Below are positions 13,950 through 27,591 of a stretch of 64,000 nucleotides of DNA, in pieces. The notes beneath the pieces are model-generated. The model saw only the letters and a program-made list of their open reading frames with translations, had not been told where the DNA came from and ran no database searches. The translations under genes and the position numbers were made by a program. The DNA lies in assembly GCF_009914755.1 (NCBI RefSeq), contig NC_060925.1, one strand, 5' to 3'. The stretch's first letter is position 1, and every line of letters starts with the position of its first letter. Origin of the DNA: the human T2T-CHM13v2.0 reference genome, Homo sapiens.

Positions 13950-15330
13950 TCTGGGAGAGGTGGTGTCACCGAAGGCTTCTCGGAGGAGGTGGCCTCTAAC
14001 TCGAGCCTTAAAAATGGGCGAACAGGCGAGGCCGGGGCCTGCCCGGCGCGGAGTACTCGGGAGCCGCCTCCCTCCTTTCAGAGCTCTCAGTCCCGTCCCC
14101 GGGCCTCGCTTTCTCCTCTCGCCTCGCTCAGCTCAGCCGGGCGCAGGTTCCTAGCACTGACGACAGCGAGCGATGACCTCAGCGCCGCCAAGGCTGCGAG
14201 GGCGGGGGCTGGGGTGGCGGGGGCGGGGAAAAGCGCCGGAGCGCGGGGCCGAGCGGAGAGGCTCCGGGCCCCGCCCCCATCCTCTGGCCGCGACCAATGA
14301 GCGCCGCCGCCGGCTGCCCCCCTACCTCCCTGGACCTCCTGAAAAACGCTGCCCGGGGAAAGTCCGGGCAGAGCCCGAGCAGCGGCCAGGGTAACGCTGT
14401 CTTGTGGACCCGCACTTCCCACCCGAGACCTCTCACTGAGCCCGAGCCGCGCGCGACATGAGCCACGGGAAGGGAACCGACATGCTCCCGGAGATCGCCG
14501 CCGCCGTGGGCTTCCTCTCCAGCCTCCTGAGGACCCGGGGCTGCGTGAGCGAGCAGAGGCTTAAGGTCTTCAGCGGGGCGCTCCAGGAGGCACTCACAGG
14601 TGAGCGCATGCCGAGGGGCCTGGCGCCACCGGGGGTCGGCCCCATCCCTGCCAGGGCCGTCTTTCTTCTACTCCTGCGGCAGGGTGACCCACGGGAGCAG
14701 CTTTGGGACTCGGTGGCCCTCCTCCGACCCCCGGGGCGGCCCGCAGTCCCCAGTTTCCTGGGTCCTCCTCCCCAGCCCTGTGCTCGGGTCTCGGCCGTGG
14801 CGGTTCTGATGGGGCGCGCCCCTCTACGCTCTCGGAGGCGCAGACCCTGGTCCTGGAGTGCCAGCCCGAGTCCCCAGCTTATGCCCCTGTCTCATTACGG
14901 GCTCGTCTCCCTCGCTGGACCCTCGAGATCTTAAGACCCTCGATGGATGTTGTTGCGGGCCGCCCGGTCGGCCGAGGGGTCCCGATGAGGGAAGAAGGTG
15001 CAGTCGAGCCTTTTCAACAATTTGGAGTCCCAGTGCGGTTCTTCCTGCCGGTCGGGGTGCGCTGTGCCTGGGGTAGTCCACTGGTTGCTGACTGGCTTCA
15101 AGTTGGAATTTGGGCCCCCTTTGTGTTATGTTTGGTTCCCCTTAGCCATCTGCCACCTATTGTGGTAGGGAGGAGAGCCTCGTAGCTCGTGACCCTGCCG
15201 TGCGGGCCTTCAAGTTGGGAGGTGAAGAGATAAGCAGCCCGCTCGCTGGCTGGGGAGAGACCTCTCTCCCAGCTGTTTCTAGCTGGTTACTGTCAGTTTT
15301 GGGAAGCGATAGCCATCTCGGAACGCACCC
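13950..15330. promoter_or_regulatory. BTG2 CpG island / promoter with GC boxes, CCAAT box, CRE/AP-1-like site and the reported p53-response region
   Basis: Dense CpG; TGACCTCA 14174-14181; G-tracts 14200-14228; GC box 14267-14278; CCAAT 14294-14298; GGGGAAAGTCCGGGCAGAGCCCGAGCA 14355-14381 (degenerate p53/NF-kB-like element; BTG2 is a known p53 target). Confidence 0.85.
14458..14599 (+). CDS. BTG2: BTG2 coding exon 1 (BTG anti-proliferation factor 2, BTG/Tob family), codons 1-47 plus 1 nt
   Basis: ATG at 14458 translates [47 protein letters not shown], the BTG2 N-terminus; donor CAG|GTGAGC at 14599/14600; 142 nt. Confidence 0.98.
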
Positions 15331-15645
15331 ACACAGACCCTGCCTTCTGAGGAAAACAGATGTTTCATCAAAACAACCCAGTTTTCACTCCCTTAGGCAC
15401 TGCTAAGGAAGGTTCTCTGACTCTTCTGAAGGAAGCAGAGGGAACACAGGGTGGGAGGTCCAGTGACTTGCTGTGGACCCAACAATGTTGGCAGCCTTCC
15501 TGGCCCTGAAACTTCAGCTCACAGGTCTCCAGAGGCCCTGCCTGGACATGCCAGTCCCAGTCACACCCTTCCCTTGCTTTGGGGGTGTGCCAAAAGCAAT
15601 ACACTGGCCACTAGAGAGTACCCTAGAGCTCTAGAATCCCCTCCC

Positions 15646-15730
15646 AACACGCACACACACACACACACACTCTCTCTCTCACACACACACACTCAGTCAC
15701 ACACACACACACACACTCTCTCACATACAC
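15646..15730. repeat. Compound (CA)n/(CT)n microsatellite in the BTG2 intron
   Basis: Direct reading. Confidence 0.9.
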
Positions 15731-15944
15731 TTGTCCTGGAAGCAGGAAAGTGGATCTTTCCAGCTTCCATAAAATTTTCTCTGCTAAGTGGAAAGAGGGT
15801 CCTAGAACTCAGAGGAATCCACCTCCCTTACTTAAAGGGCCCCTTTCTCTCCTCCTGTCCCTTGACCCTCCACCCCGCCCTATGGTAGTATCCATGGCCT
15901 AGCTGCTCTAACCAGGGCATCTGCCCCTGGTCCTGTCTCCACAG

Positions 15945-16279
15945 AGCACTACAAACACCACTGGTTTCCCGAAAAGCCGTCCAAGGGCTCCGGCTACCGC
16001 TGCATTCGCATCAACCACAAGATGGACCCCATCATCAGCAGGGTGGCCAGCCAGATCGGACTCAGCCAGCCCCAGCTGCACCAGCTGCTGCCCAGCGAGC
16101 TGACCCTGTGGGTGGACCCCTATGAGGTGTCCTACCGCATTGGGGAGGACGGCTCCATCTGCGTCTTGTACGAGGAGGCCCCACTGGCCGCCTCCTGTGG
16201 GCTCCTCACCTGCAAGAACCAAGTGCTGCTGGGCCGGAGCAGCCCCTCCAAGAACTACGTGATGGCAGTCTCCAGCTAG
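15945..16279 (+). CDS. BTG2: BTG2 coding exon 2 (box A, box B, box [11 protein letters not shown]) to TAG
   Basis: Acceptor tcctgtctccacag|AG at 15944/15945; reads (E)[28 protein letters not shown]...[24 protein letters not shown]...VMAVSS*; 142+335=477 nt = 158 aa + stop. Confidence 0.98.
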
Positions 16280-18441
16280 GCCCTTCCGCCCCCGCCCTGG
16301 GCGCCGCCGTGCTCATGCTGCCGTGACAACAGGCCACCACATACCTCAACCTGGGGAACTGTATTTTTAAATGAAGAGCTATTTATATATATTATTTTTT
16401 TTTAAGAAAGGAGGAAAAGAAACCAAAAGTTTTTTTTAAGAAAAAAAATCCTTCAAGGGAGCTGCTTGGAAGTGGCCTCCCCAGGTGCCTTTGGAGAGAA
16501 CTGTTGCGTGCTTGAGTCTGTGAGCCAGTGTCTGCCTATAGGAGGGGGAGCTGTTAGGGGGTAGACCTAGCCAAGGAGAAGTGGGAGACGTTTGGCTAGC
16601 ACCCCAGGAAGATGTGAGAGGGAGCAAGCAAGGTTAGCAACTGTGAACAGAGAGGTCGGGATTTGCCCTGGGGGAGGAAGAGAGGCCAAGTTCAGAGCTC
16701 TCTGTCTCCCCCAGCCAGACACCTGCATCCCTGGCTCCTCTATTACTCAGGGGCATTCATGCCTGGACTTAAACAATACTATGTTATCTTTTCTTTTATT
16801 TTTCTAATGAGGTCCTGGGCAGAGAGTGAAAAGGCCTCTCCTGATTCCTACTGTCCTAAGCTGCTTTTCTTGAAATCATGACTTGTTTCTAATTCTACCC
16901 TCAGGGGCCTGTAGATGTTGCTTTCCAGCCAGGAATCTAAAGCTTTGGGTTTTCTGAGGGGGGGAGGAGGGAACTGGAGGTTATTGGGGTTAGGATGGAA
17001 GGGAACTCTGCACAAAACCTTTGCTTTGCTAGTGCTGCTTTGTGTGTATGTGTGGCAAATAATTTGGGGGTGATTTGCAATGAAATTTTGGGACCCAAAG
17101 AGTATCCACTGGGGATGTTTTTTGGCCAAAACTCTTCCTTTTGGAACCACATGAAAGTCTTGATGCTGCTGCCATGATCCCTTTGAGAGGTGGCTCAAAA
17201 GCTACAGGGAACTCCAGGTCCTTTATTACTGCCTTCTTTTCAAAAGCACAACTCTCCTCTAACCCTCCCCTCCCCCTTCCCTTCTGGTCGGGTCATAGAG
17301 CTACCGTATTTTCTAGGACAAGAGTTCTCAGTCACTGTGCAATATGCCCCCTGGGTCCCAGGAGGGTCTGGAGGAAAACTGGCTATCAGAACCTCCTGAT
17401 GCCCTGGTGGGCTTAGGGAACCATCTCTCCTGCTCTCCTTGGGATGATGGCTGGCTAGTCAGCCTTGCATGTATTCCTTGGCTGAATGGGAGAGTGCCCC
17501 ATGTTCTGCAAGACTACTTGGTATTCTTGTAGGGCCGACACTAAATAAAAGCCAAACCTTGGGCACTGTTTTTTCTCCCTGGTGCTCAGAGCACCTGTGG
17601 GAAAGGTTGCTGTCTGTCTCAGTACAATCCAAATTTGTCGTAGACTTGTGCAATATATACTGTTGTGGGTTGGAGAAAAGTGGAAAGCTACACTGGGAAG
17701 AAACTCCCTTCCTTCAATTTCTCAGTGACATTGATGAGGGGTCCTCAAAAGACCTCGAGTTTCCCAAACCGAATCACCTTAAGAAGGACAGGGCTAGGGC
17801 ATTTGGCCAGGATGGCCACCCTCCTGCTGTTGCCCCTTAGTGAGGAATCTTCACCCCACTTCCTCTACCCCCAGGTTCTCCTCCCCACAGCCAGTCCCCT
17901 TTCCTGGATTTCTAAACTGCTCAATTTTGACTCAAAGGTGCTATTTACCAAACACTCTCCCTACCCATTCCTGCCAGCTCTGCCTCCTTTTCAACTCTCC
18001 ACATTTTGTATTGCCTTCCCAGACCTGCTTCCAGTCTTTATTGCTTTAAAGTTCACTTTGGGCCCACAGACCCAAGAGCTAATTTTCTGGTTTGTGGGTT
18101 GAAACAAAGCTGTGAATCACTGCAGGCTGTGTTCTTGCATCTTGTCTGCAAACAGGTCCCTGCCTTTTTAGAAGCAGCCTCATGGTCTCATGCTTAATCT
18201 TGTCTCTCTTCTCTTCTTTATGATGTTCACTTTAAAAACAACAAAACCCCTGAGCTGGACTGTTGAGCAGGCCTGTCTCTCCTATTAAGTAAAAATAAAT
18301 AGTAGTAGTATGTTTGTAAGCTATTCTGACAGAAAAGACAAAGGTTACTAATTGTATGATAGTGTTTTTATATGGAAGAATGTACAGCTTATGGACAAAT
18401 GTACACCTTTTTGTTACTTTAATAAAAATGTAGTAGGATAA
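16280..18441 (+). other. BTG2: BTG2 3'UTR
   Basis: Repeat-free 2.1 kb after the stop, AU-rich start (ATTTA 16381), many miRNA seed matches, ends shortly after AATAAA at 18421; exact cleavage site approximate. Confidence 0.85.
18421..18426 (+). terminator. BTG2 distal polyadenylation signal
   Basis: AATAAA followed ~20 nt later by a GT-rich element (cttgtgtggtgt) and preceded by TGTA motifs; additional AATAAA at 17544 and 18294. Confidence 0.85.
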
Positions 18442-18655
18442 ACTTGTGTGGTGTAGAGAAGTTAAAATCCTCACGTTGTACATTTGTGTTTCCCTTTCAG
18501 ATCCAAATCCTTTCTTTGTGTTTAATAGTATTTCTCCTCACTTGCACTCAGACAATCTATAGCATGTGGGTGGTATAAAAGAAAAATCTGGTTGTATGGC
18601 TGGGCCATTTCCAAGCATCCCCTCTTTCCTGGAAAGTAGCTCCTTACTTCCCTCC

Positions 18656-18953
18656 GTTTTGTTTGTTTGTTTGTTTGTTTTGAGACAGTTTTGTCACTCA
18701 GGCTGGAGTGCAGTGGTGCAATCTCAGCTCATTGCAACCTCTGCCTCCTGGGCTCAAATAATTCTCCCACCTCTGCCTCTTGAGTAGCTGAGATTGCAGG
18801 CATGTGCCATCAGGCCCAGCTGATTTTTGTATTTTTTGTAGGGACGGGGTTTTGCCATGTTGTCCAGGCTGGTCTCAAACTCCTAAGTTCAAGTGATCCC
18901 CCTGCCTCTGCCTCCGAAAGTGCTGGGATTACAGGCGTGAGCCACCGCGCCCA
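18656..18953 (-). mobile_element. AluJ-like
   Basis: Alu consensus with ctcctgggctcaa; (TTTG)n tail. Confidence 0.88.
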
Positions 18954-19605
18954 ACCTACTTCCACCTTTAATGAGGATTCTAATTTCCCTGTGAAGATGC
19001 TAGAAGTAACAGGGTTCTAGTCTGAACATTCCCTAGTCTAGCCAGATCTCCATCTTATGCATCTTGTTTTTGATAGTCGTTCATTTCATTCATTCATTCA
19101 TTCAGTCAGTTATTCATTTAGCAAGCATGTATTGTCAGTAAGTGCTAGGCACTGAACTTATTAAAAATCCTTGAGACACAGCCTGTCTCACAGACCAGGG
19201 TTTGGTAAGCAGCGGGTAATGAACTCCTTCCCAGGCTAAGGCAGGATTGTTGGCAATTCCCAGAAAAGGTGCTCTTGTCATCTCTGGGGCTGTCATTTGC
19301 TATCCACCATACTTGTCTTGTTAGACAAGAGCAGCTAGGCCTCAGGATCTATGCACTGGAGCTGAATGCCAATGCTACAGGTTAGCTAGAGAGCAGCTAC
19401 TTCTGACAGCAAACACTGGAGTGAGAGCCAAAAGTTTGTTACCAATTTGTAACTCCCTTTGGTTACATGCAAGGAAATAACAGTTTTTATCTTCCCTGAC
19501 TTTTGAGTTCTTTCCATGAGATTTTTGACACAAGCCCAGAGTTTCCCACTGAGGGCAAGTACATTCCCAGCCTGGTCTAGTTTTTTCTTGGCTGTAGGTG
19601 AGCTG

Positions 19606-19933
<328 letters not shown>

Positions 19934-21167
19934 GGTGACCTGTATTTAAACTAAACTTTACACATGTTGCTTCATATACAGTGACAACTCCCCCAACTTC
20001 ATTTCATACCTCCATGACCTTTATCAACAAACATACAGTTTTCCCTAGATGTGCTATGTTGGAAGTAGCCCAGGGAGGCTGTGTGTGCTATGCCTGTGTT
20101 GAGTGAGGAGGGTAGGGGAGCCAGGGATGGGGTTAGGGAAGGCCAGGTCATCTGTATCATAAATAGAATTTGGTTAAGACTCATTGTATCAAGGGGTTGT
20201 TACTGAAAGGAGTAGTCCCATTTTTATTTGTAGCTTCTGAAATAAATGTCCTAGACACTTGTTTAAAAAGACCTACTTTTTTGGATGTAAGGACAGGGTT
20301 AGTTAGGGTTGAGGAATTTTTGCCCACCCTCTTTTGAGTGTATGGTACAAAGTCAGCATCTATCTTCCTGATTCCTAAAAGGCCTAGCTCATGAAGGATA
20401 TTTCCTTGTTTAGTGGAAAGCCTGAAATTCGGGGAAGGTTGTCTGGAGACTGAGGGGACCCTTCACCCACGTGTGTCTTCAAGTCAGGGAAGCCACAGCA
20501 TGGCAGATTCACCTCAGGGCCACTCTCGGCTGTTGGTAAACTAGTAGTCCCTCAATTTACATGAGAGGGTTCTGTGGTCAAGCAATGTGTTTTCTTTTTT
20601 GATATGAACCAATTTCAGTAGAACTGGAGCATACCCATTGGCTACCTGGGGTTACAGGGGCTCTGGCCTGAAATTGCTTGAAGAGTTGCAGTTGGTGGCT
20701 TTCATGTGTTCAGGGACTAGGCATTGGTTGGTCTGTTCTGCTTCCATCTTCTCCACTTGGTAAGCAGTGCCAGCCTGGGAGACCTGTGGTCAGTCAGCTG
20801 TTTTTGAATGATAATGCACCTCCCCAGAGAGTGTAGACAAGGCTCTGCATGCTGCAGATTAAGAGCCCATCCTGGATCCTGATAAGCAGTTCTGGGTGGA
20901 GGAGTCCTTGGTGCTGCAACAAACAAGTCCCAGGAGGAAGAAACCCACTTCTGTAGGCCTGACTCCTGTAAGGAGCCTTTGGTAAGGAAGGTGAGGACTC
21001 AGGTGTCCTGGCTTCCAGGCCAACACAGCATCCCTGGCCCAACAAAGATTGGTGCAACAGAAAGAGTTCTGGACTGGGAGGAAGAATGTATGGGTTGTGG
21101 TCCTGGTACTTCTTAACTAGCCATGTGAGTCTGGACAAGCTCCTCAGCTTTTCTGTCTTAAAAATTA

Positions 21168-21768
<601 letters not shown>

Positions 21769-21809
21769 TTAGAGTTTTGGATTAAATGACCTACGTTCTT
21801 TTCTTTGGC

Positions 21810-22108
<299 letters not shown>

Positions 22109-22309
22109 TTTTTCAGCTTTTGATTCTAAATCATCCATCCCCATTATACTGCCAATCACTGGGGGGGCAAATTAGCACCATTATTATCATTATTTTCAAT
22201 TAGTTGAACTGAAAGGTAAGGTAATTTGGGCTGAGAAGTACAGTAATTAATAATCTTTTGCTTGGGTCAGACTCCTGCCTGTTAAGGTTTCAGTTTGCAA
22301 ACACTGTGA

Positions 22310-22560
22310 AGCAGTACTACAAAGAGGTTAGGAGCTCAGGCTCTGGTGTTAGGCTCCCTAGGGAGGTTTAATCTCAGCTCTACCACCCACCTATCCACTG
22401 TGCAACCTGGTGGCTAGTGACTTTAGCCAAGCCTCAATTTCCCCCTTTGTAAAATGGAATGAAGAATATAACCAACTTAAAAATGTTGTTACGAAGATTA
22501 AATGAGAGCCATAATCTACTTATAATTGTCCTGGCACAGGTAAGTACTCGATAAAAAGAG
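22310..22560 (+). mobile_element. MIR
   Basis: gcctcaatttccccctttgtaaaatgg...gattaaatgag...cctggcacag. Confidence 0.75.
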
Positions 22561-22569
22561 AATACTTGT

Positions 22570-23990
22570 TCTTTCTTTCTTTTTCTTTTCTTTTCTTTTT
22601 TTTTTTTTTGAAACAGAGTTTCGTTCTTGTTGCTCAGGCTGGAGTGCAGTGGCATGATCTCCGGTCACTGCAACCTCTGCCACCTCGGTTCAAGAGATTC
22701 TCCTGCCTCACATGGGCAAGGACTTCATGACCAAAACACAAAAAGCAATGGCAACAAAAACCAAAATAGACAAATGGGATCTAATTAAACTAAAGAGCTT
22801 CTGCACAGCGAAAGAAACTACCATCAGAGTGAACAGGCAACCTACAGAATGGGAGAAAATTTTTGCAATCTACTCATGTGACAAAGGGCTAATATCCAGA
22901 ATCTACAAAGAACTCAAACAAATTTACAAGAAAAAACCCCATCAAAAAGTGGGCAAAGGATATGAACAGACACGTCTCAAAAGAAGACATTTATGCAGCC
23001 AACAGACACATAAAAAAATGCTCATTATCACTGGTCATCAGAGAAATGGAAATCAAAACCACAATGAGATACCATCTCATGCCAGTTAGAATGGCAATCA
23101 TAAAGTCAGGAAACAACAGATGCTGGAGAGGATGTGGAGAAATAGGAATGCTTTTGCACTGTTGGTGGGAGTGTAAATTAGTTCAACCATTGTGGAAGAC
23201 AGTGTGGCGATTCCTCAAGGATCTAGAACTAGAATTACCATTTGACCCAGCAATCCCACTACTGGGTATATACCCAAAGGATTATAAATCATGCTACTAT
23301 AAAGACACATGCACATGTATGTTTATTGCGGCACTGTTCACAATAGCAAAGACTTGGAACCAACCCAAATGTGCATCAATGATAGACTGGATTAAGAAAA
23401 TGTGGCACATATACACCATGGAATACTATGCAGCCATAAAAAAGGATGAATTCATGTCCTTTGCAGAGACATGGATGAAGCTGGGAACTATCATTCTCAG
23501 CAAACTGTCACAAGGACAGGAAGCCAAACACCGCATGTTCTCACTCATAGGTGGGAACTGAACAATGAGATCACTTGGACACAGGGTAGGGAACATCACA
23601 CACTGGGGCCTGTCAGGGGGTGGGGGACTGGGGGAGGGATAGCATTAGGAAAAATACCTAATGTAAAAGATGAGTTGATGGGTGCAGCAAACCAACATAG
23701 CACATGTATACTTATATAACAAACCTGCACGTTGTGCACATGTACCCTAGAACTTAAAGTATAATAATAAAAAAAAACCTTAAAAAAAAAAGAGAGATTC
23801 TCCTGCCTCAGCCTCCTGAATAGCTGGGATTACAGGTGCTGCAACTATGCCCAGCTAATTTTTATATTTTAAGTAGAGATGGGGTTTCACCATGTTGGCC
23901 AGGCTGGAATCGAACTCCTGACTCAGGTAATCCACCCGCCTCAGCCTCCCAAAGTGCTAGGATTACAGGCGTGAGCCACCATGCCCGGCC
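22570..23990 (-). mobile_element. AluS (Sp/Sq-like) split into 22570-22710 and 23793-23990 by the L1
   Basis: Poly-T and right-arm sequence continue seamlessly across the TSD. Confidence 0.9.
22711..23792 (+). mobile_element. 5'-truncated L1PA (approx. L1PA5-7): ORF2 C-terminus, 3'UTR, A-tail; inserted into an Alu
   Basis: ORFs 22712-23089 and 22962-23561 are frameshifted L1 ORF2 ([18 protein letters not shown]...[18 protein letters not shown]...MFSLIGGN*); G-rich 3'UTR; 18-bp TSD AGAGATTCTCCTGCCTCA at 22693-22710 and 23793-23810. Confidence 0.95.
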
Positions 23991-24148
23991 TGAGAATAGA
24001 AATAACCCCATCTCCTTAAGGACTCTGAAGAGGGTCCTAAAGTGAAAGATCCTAAAATGAAGAGGAACACTCTGGCATACTTCTAACTGGAAGGAAATCA
24101 TTCTTAAAATCATAGCACCTACTAGTACCTTCAAGAATGGCTACAGCT

Positions 24149-24458
<310 letters not shown>

Positions 24459-24540
24459 CTACAGATAACACCATCCGAGCAGCCTGTGGCCTCTCCCCTA
24501 CAAAGATGATTTTCAATCCTTTGTTTAAAAACATGCACAG

Positions 24541-25016
<476 letters not shown>

Positions 25017-27221
25017 CATGCACAGCCCAGGCTGTGGCAAAGAAAATATGCACAATACAAAAGCCCTTCCTGGGTCATATGTAGCCTACAGTAGGGACTC
25101 TAAAAGTACCTGCTGAATTAATGATTGATAACTGAATGAACTCATGTCTGACCTCTGTCATTCTTGCAGAAATGTACGGTATCCTTGCTAGGCATCTGAC
25201 CTCGGTGGGCCACGGGGCAACTTTGACCCATTGGCTCCACTGGTCTGCTTGTGGATTAATACCAAACTGGGCTATGTGCTCATTTACACACAAAGTGGAT
25301 GGGGAAAGTTTTCTAATAGCAGCTTTACTTACCTCCACTCAGCCCATCTGTGGAGTACACCCACAGGTTCTCCCTTCCCAGAAGAGAAATAAATGGAGAA
25401 GCTAAGAAGGGCAGGGCCAAGCTCTCTGGCTTTTTCTCCACACCACTTCTTTGCAGAGCTGGCAAGAAAAACGTTTGAGCTCAGTCTAAGAGGCTACCAG
25501 GGCCCTGGATAAGGATCTTATACAAACGAGTATGCCCTGGATACGCAGCCAATCCTTTCCCCTGATGTGAGCCTGGTTCTCTGGGCCCCAGCAGCTTCAA
25601 GCCATTTTGTTCCCATTGGCTCTGCCATTCTCCACCCTCATTCCTATAAACAAGAATGAACCTTGATTCAACTCTTGTCCAGTAAACTGCACAGGCTGCC
25701 TAGAGCATATCAGATAAGAAGAGGTAATAGCTGGGTGAGTTTGGAGCAAGAACTGCTTTACTTAACATCACTATCAGGGAAGGGCCATTTAAAATTCGAT
25801 GGGCAGGGGAGTGAGGGTGGGACCAGGCAGTAGATAAGTGAGGCTGGCTGGACAAAAGCCATGGTAAACTTGAGGAGTGAGCTCAAACCTTGTCTGAACA
25901 GAGCCTCTGTTCCTTAGCTTCAGTCCACTGCAATCATGAGGCCAGTGATTTCAGATATGGTAATTTTCAAGAGCAGCCTGAAATGTAGATGTTTATTTGA
26001 CATTTCCCTAAACTCTAATCATGGCAACTAATTTTTTGAAAGTGCTAAAGGCTGTTTTTTTAAAAGTACATATCTGCATGTGCTCTCAACTTGTGGCCTA
26101 TGATGTACCTGGGGCCACCTGGGAATGGGATGTAGGGGTTTTCAACCCTATCCCCCAAGCTAGGAGTGAGTCTCTGCATTGAGGACCTCAGTGGAAGGCT
26201 GTCCCTATGGCCACAATCTCTAAGAAGGAGCATTCTGGCATGTTCCTGATAGAAATGAGGGCACACAAGGGGCCTCTTCACCCCTAAAATTAGATAAAAA
26301 GCAGCGCTCCCCACCTTCAACTGGTGGTACCCGTTAAACTTGTGCTTGGGACGGCAGCCTCCAGGCTTTTGCTCAAGGAATGCCCTGTCCCCTTCCTTTC
26401 CACCTACTTTAGCCAGGTTCACTCACGTTTTTAAGTTCACACTTTTCCAATGTTCACTGTTCAGTGTTCACACTTTCAAGTTCACAGTTTTTCAGTGACA
26501 TCTCTCCTTCACAGACTGGGCTACATGGCCTTCCCCTGAGTTCCCATGATGTTCGGTTTTATAACCCTGAATTTATAGCTAGAATGTAGACTAGAGACCT
26601 TGCCTGAACAGTGTCTGGTACTTAGTAGGTATTAGTGAATACTGGTTGAACAAATGAATGTCAAAGTTGCCAAGAGTGGAGGCTAGTGGATGAAAGGAAT
26701 TTAGATCAGGGGTGGAAGAAAAAAAATTAAGCCCATTCAGCAATTTTGAGCTGGGACTCCCTAGGAACCTGTGATTGCACCTTAAGAAAACTTGGTCCTT
26801 TGAATCTTGCAGGCTTTTAGGTCTTTAAACACCTCTTATTGAAATGTAAATGTCACTTAAATAGGGGTGTTCACACCTTAAATCATAATGTGAGAGAGCC
26901 TTCGTTATCAATTAACTCCCTAAATGGATTTACCCAAAAGGTAACAACCTGGAGAGAAGAAATCTGGGCTGATGCCAGGAAAGGACTCTGGCCCCAGTGG
27001 CAGGAGAGGGAGAATAGATTCCACAGCTACTAAACGCTGATTTCTATCCAGAGAAATCCTTCCTAGTGTCTACTTTGGAGGCTGGCTGGGGGCTCACAGA
27101 AATGGCACTGGGGTAGGAGTTGTTAGGAAATAGGGGGCCTAGCTTCAGGGCTGACAGTAACTTGTAATAGAAGTCTTCGATATCTTGAACAAGTCCCTTC
27201 TCCACTCTGAGCCTCAGTTTT

Positions 27222-27591
27222 TGTCTTCCTTCTTCCTTTCTTTCTTCCTTTCCTTCTCTTTCTTTCTTTTTCTTTCCTTCCTTCCTTCCTTCCTTCCTTC
27301 CTTCCTTCCTTCCTTCCTTCCTTTCTTTCTTTCTTTCCCTTCCTTCCTTCCTTCCTTCCTTCCTTCCTTCCTTCCTTCCTTCCTTCCTTCCTCTCCTCCT
27401 CCTCCTCCTCCTCCTCCTCCTCCTCCTCCTCCTCCTCCTCCTCCTCCTTCTTCTTCTTCTTCTTCTTCTTCTTCTTCTTCTTCTTCTTCTTCTTCTTCTT
27501 TCTTTCTTTCTTTTTGGAAAGTGTTTAGTTTATAAATCATCTTGTGAAAAATCCACAATGGCTGCAGCCTTGCACCACCTTTTCTCCTTCA
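27222..27591 (-). pseudogene. Unidentified 5'-truncated retrocopy (76 nt unique + microsatellite-converted tail) inserted in a MIR
   Basis: 14-bp TSD TGAGCCTCAGTTTT at 27208-27221 and 27592-27605 splits a MIR core; unique 27516-27591 ends in TATAAA-15 nt-A-rich tail on the minus strand. Confidence 0.65.
27223..27515. repeat. Compound polypyrimidine microsatellite (TTTC/TTCC)n-(CCT)n-(CTT)n
   Basis: About 290 bp almost purely C/T on the + strand. Confidence 0.97.

Noticed and set aside
13891-14466. Several overlapping ORFs upstream of BTG2
   Set aside because: Expected in a stop-poor CpG island; they start upstream of the likely TSS or on the antisense strand without coding signature
16022-16279. 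85-aa ORF as a separate gene
   Set aside because: It is the internal-Met portion of BTG2 exon 2
27185-27558. Poly-P/S and poly-E/G ORFs
   Set aside because: Translations of the microsatellite
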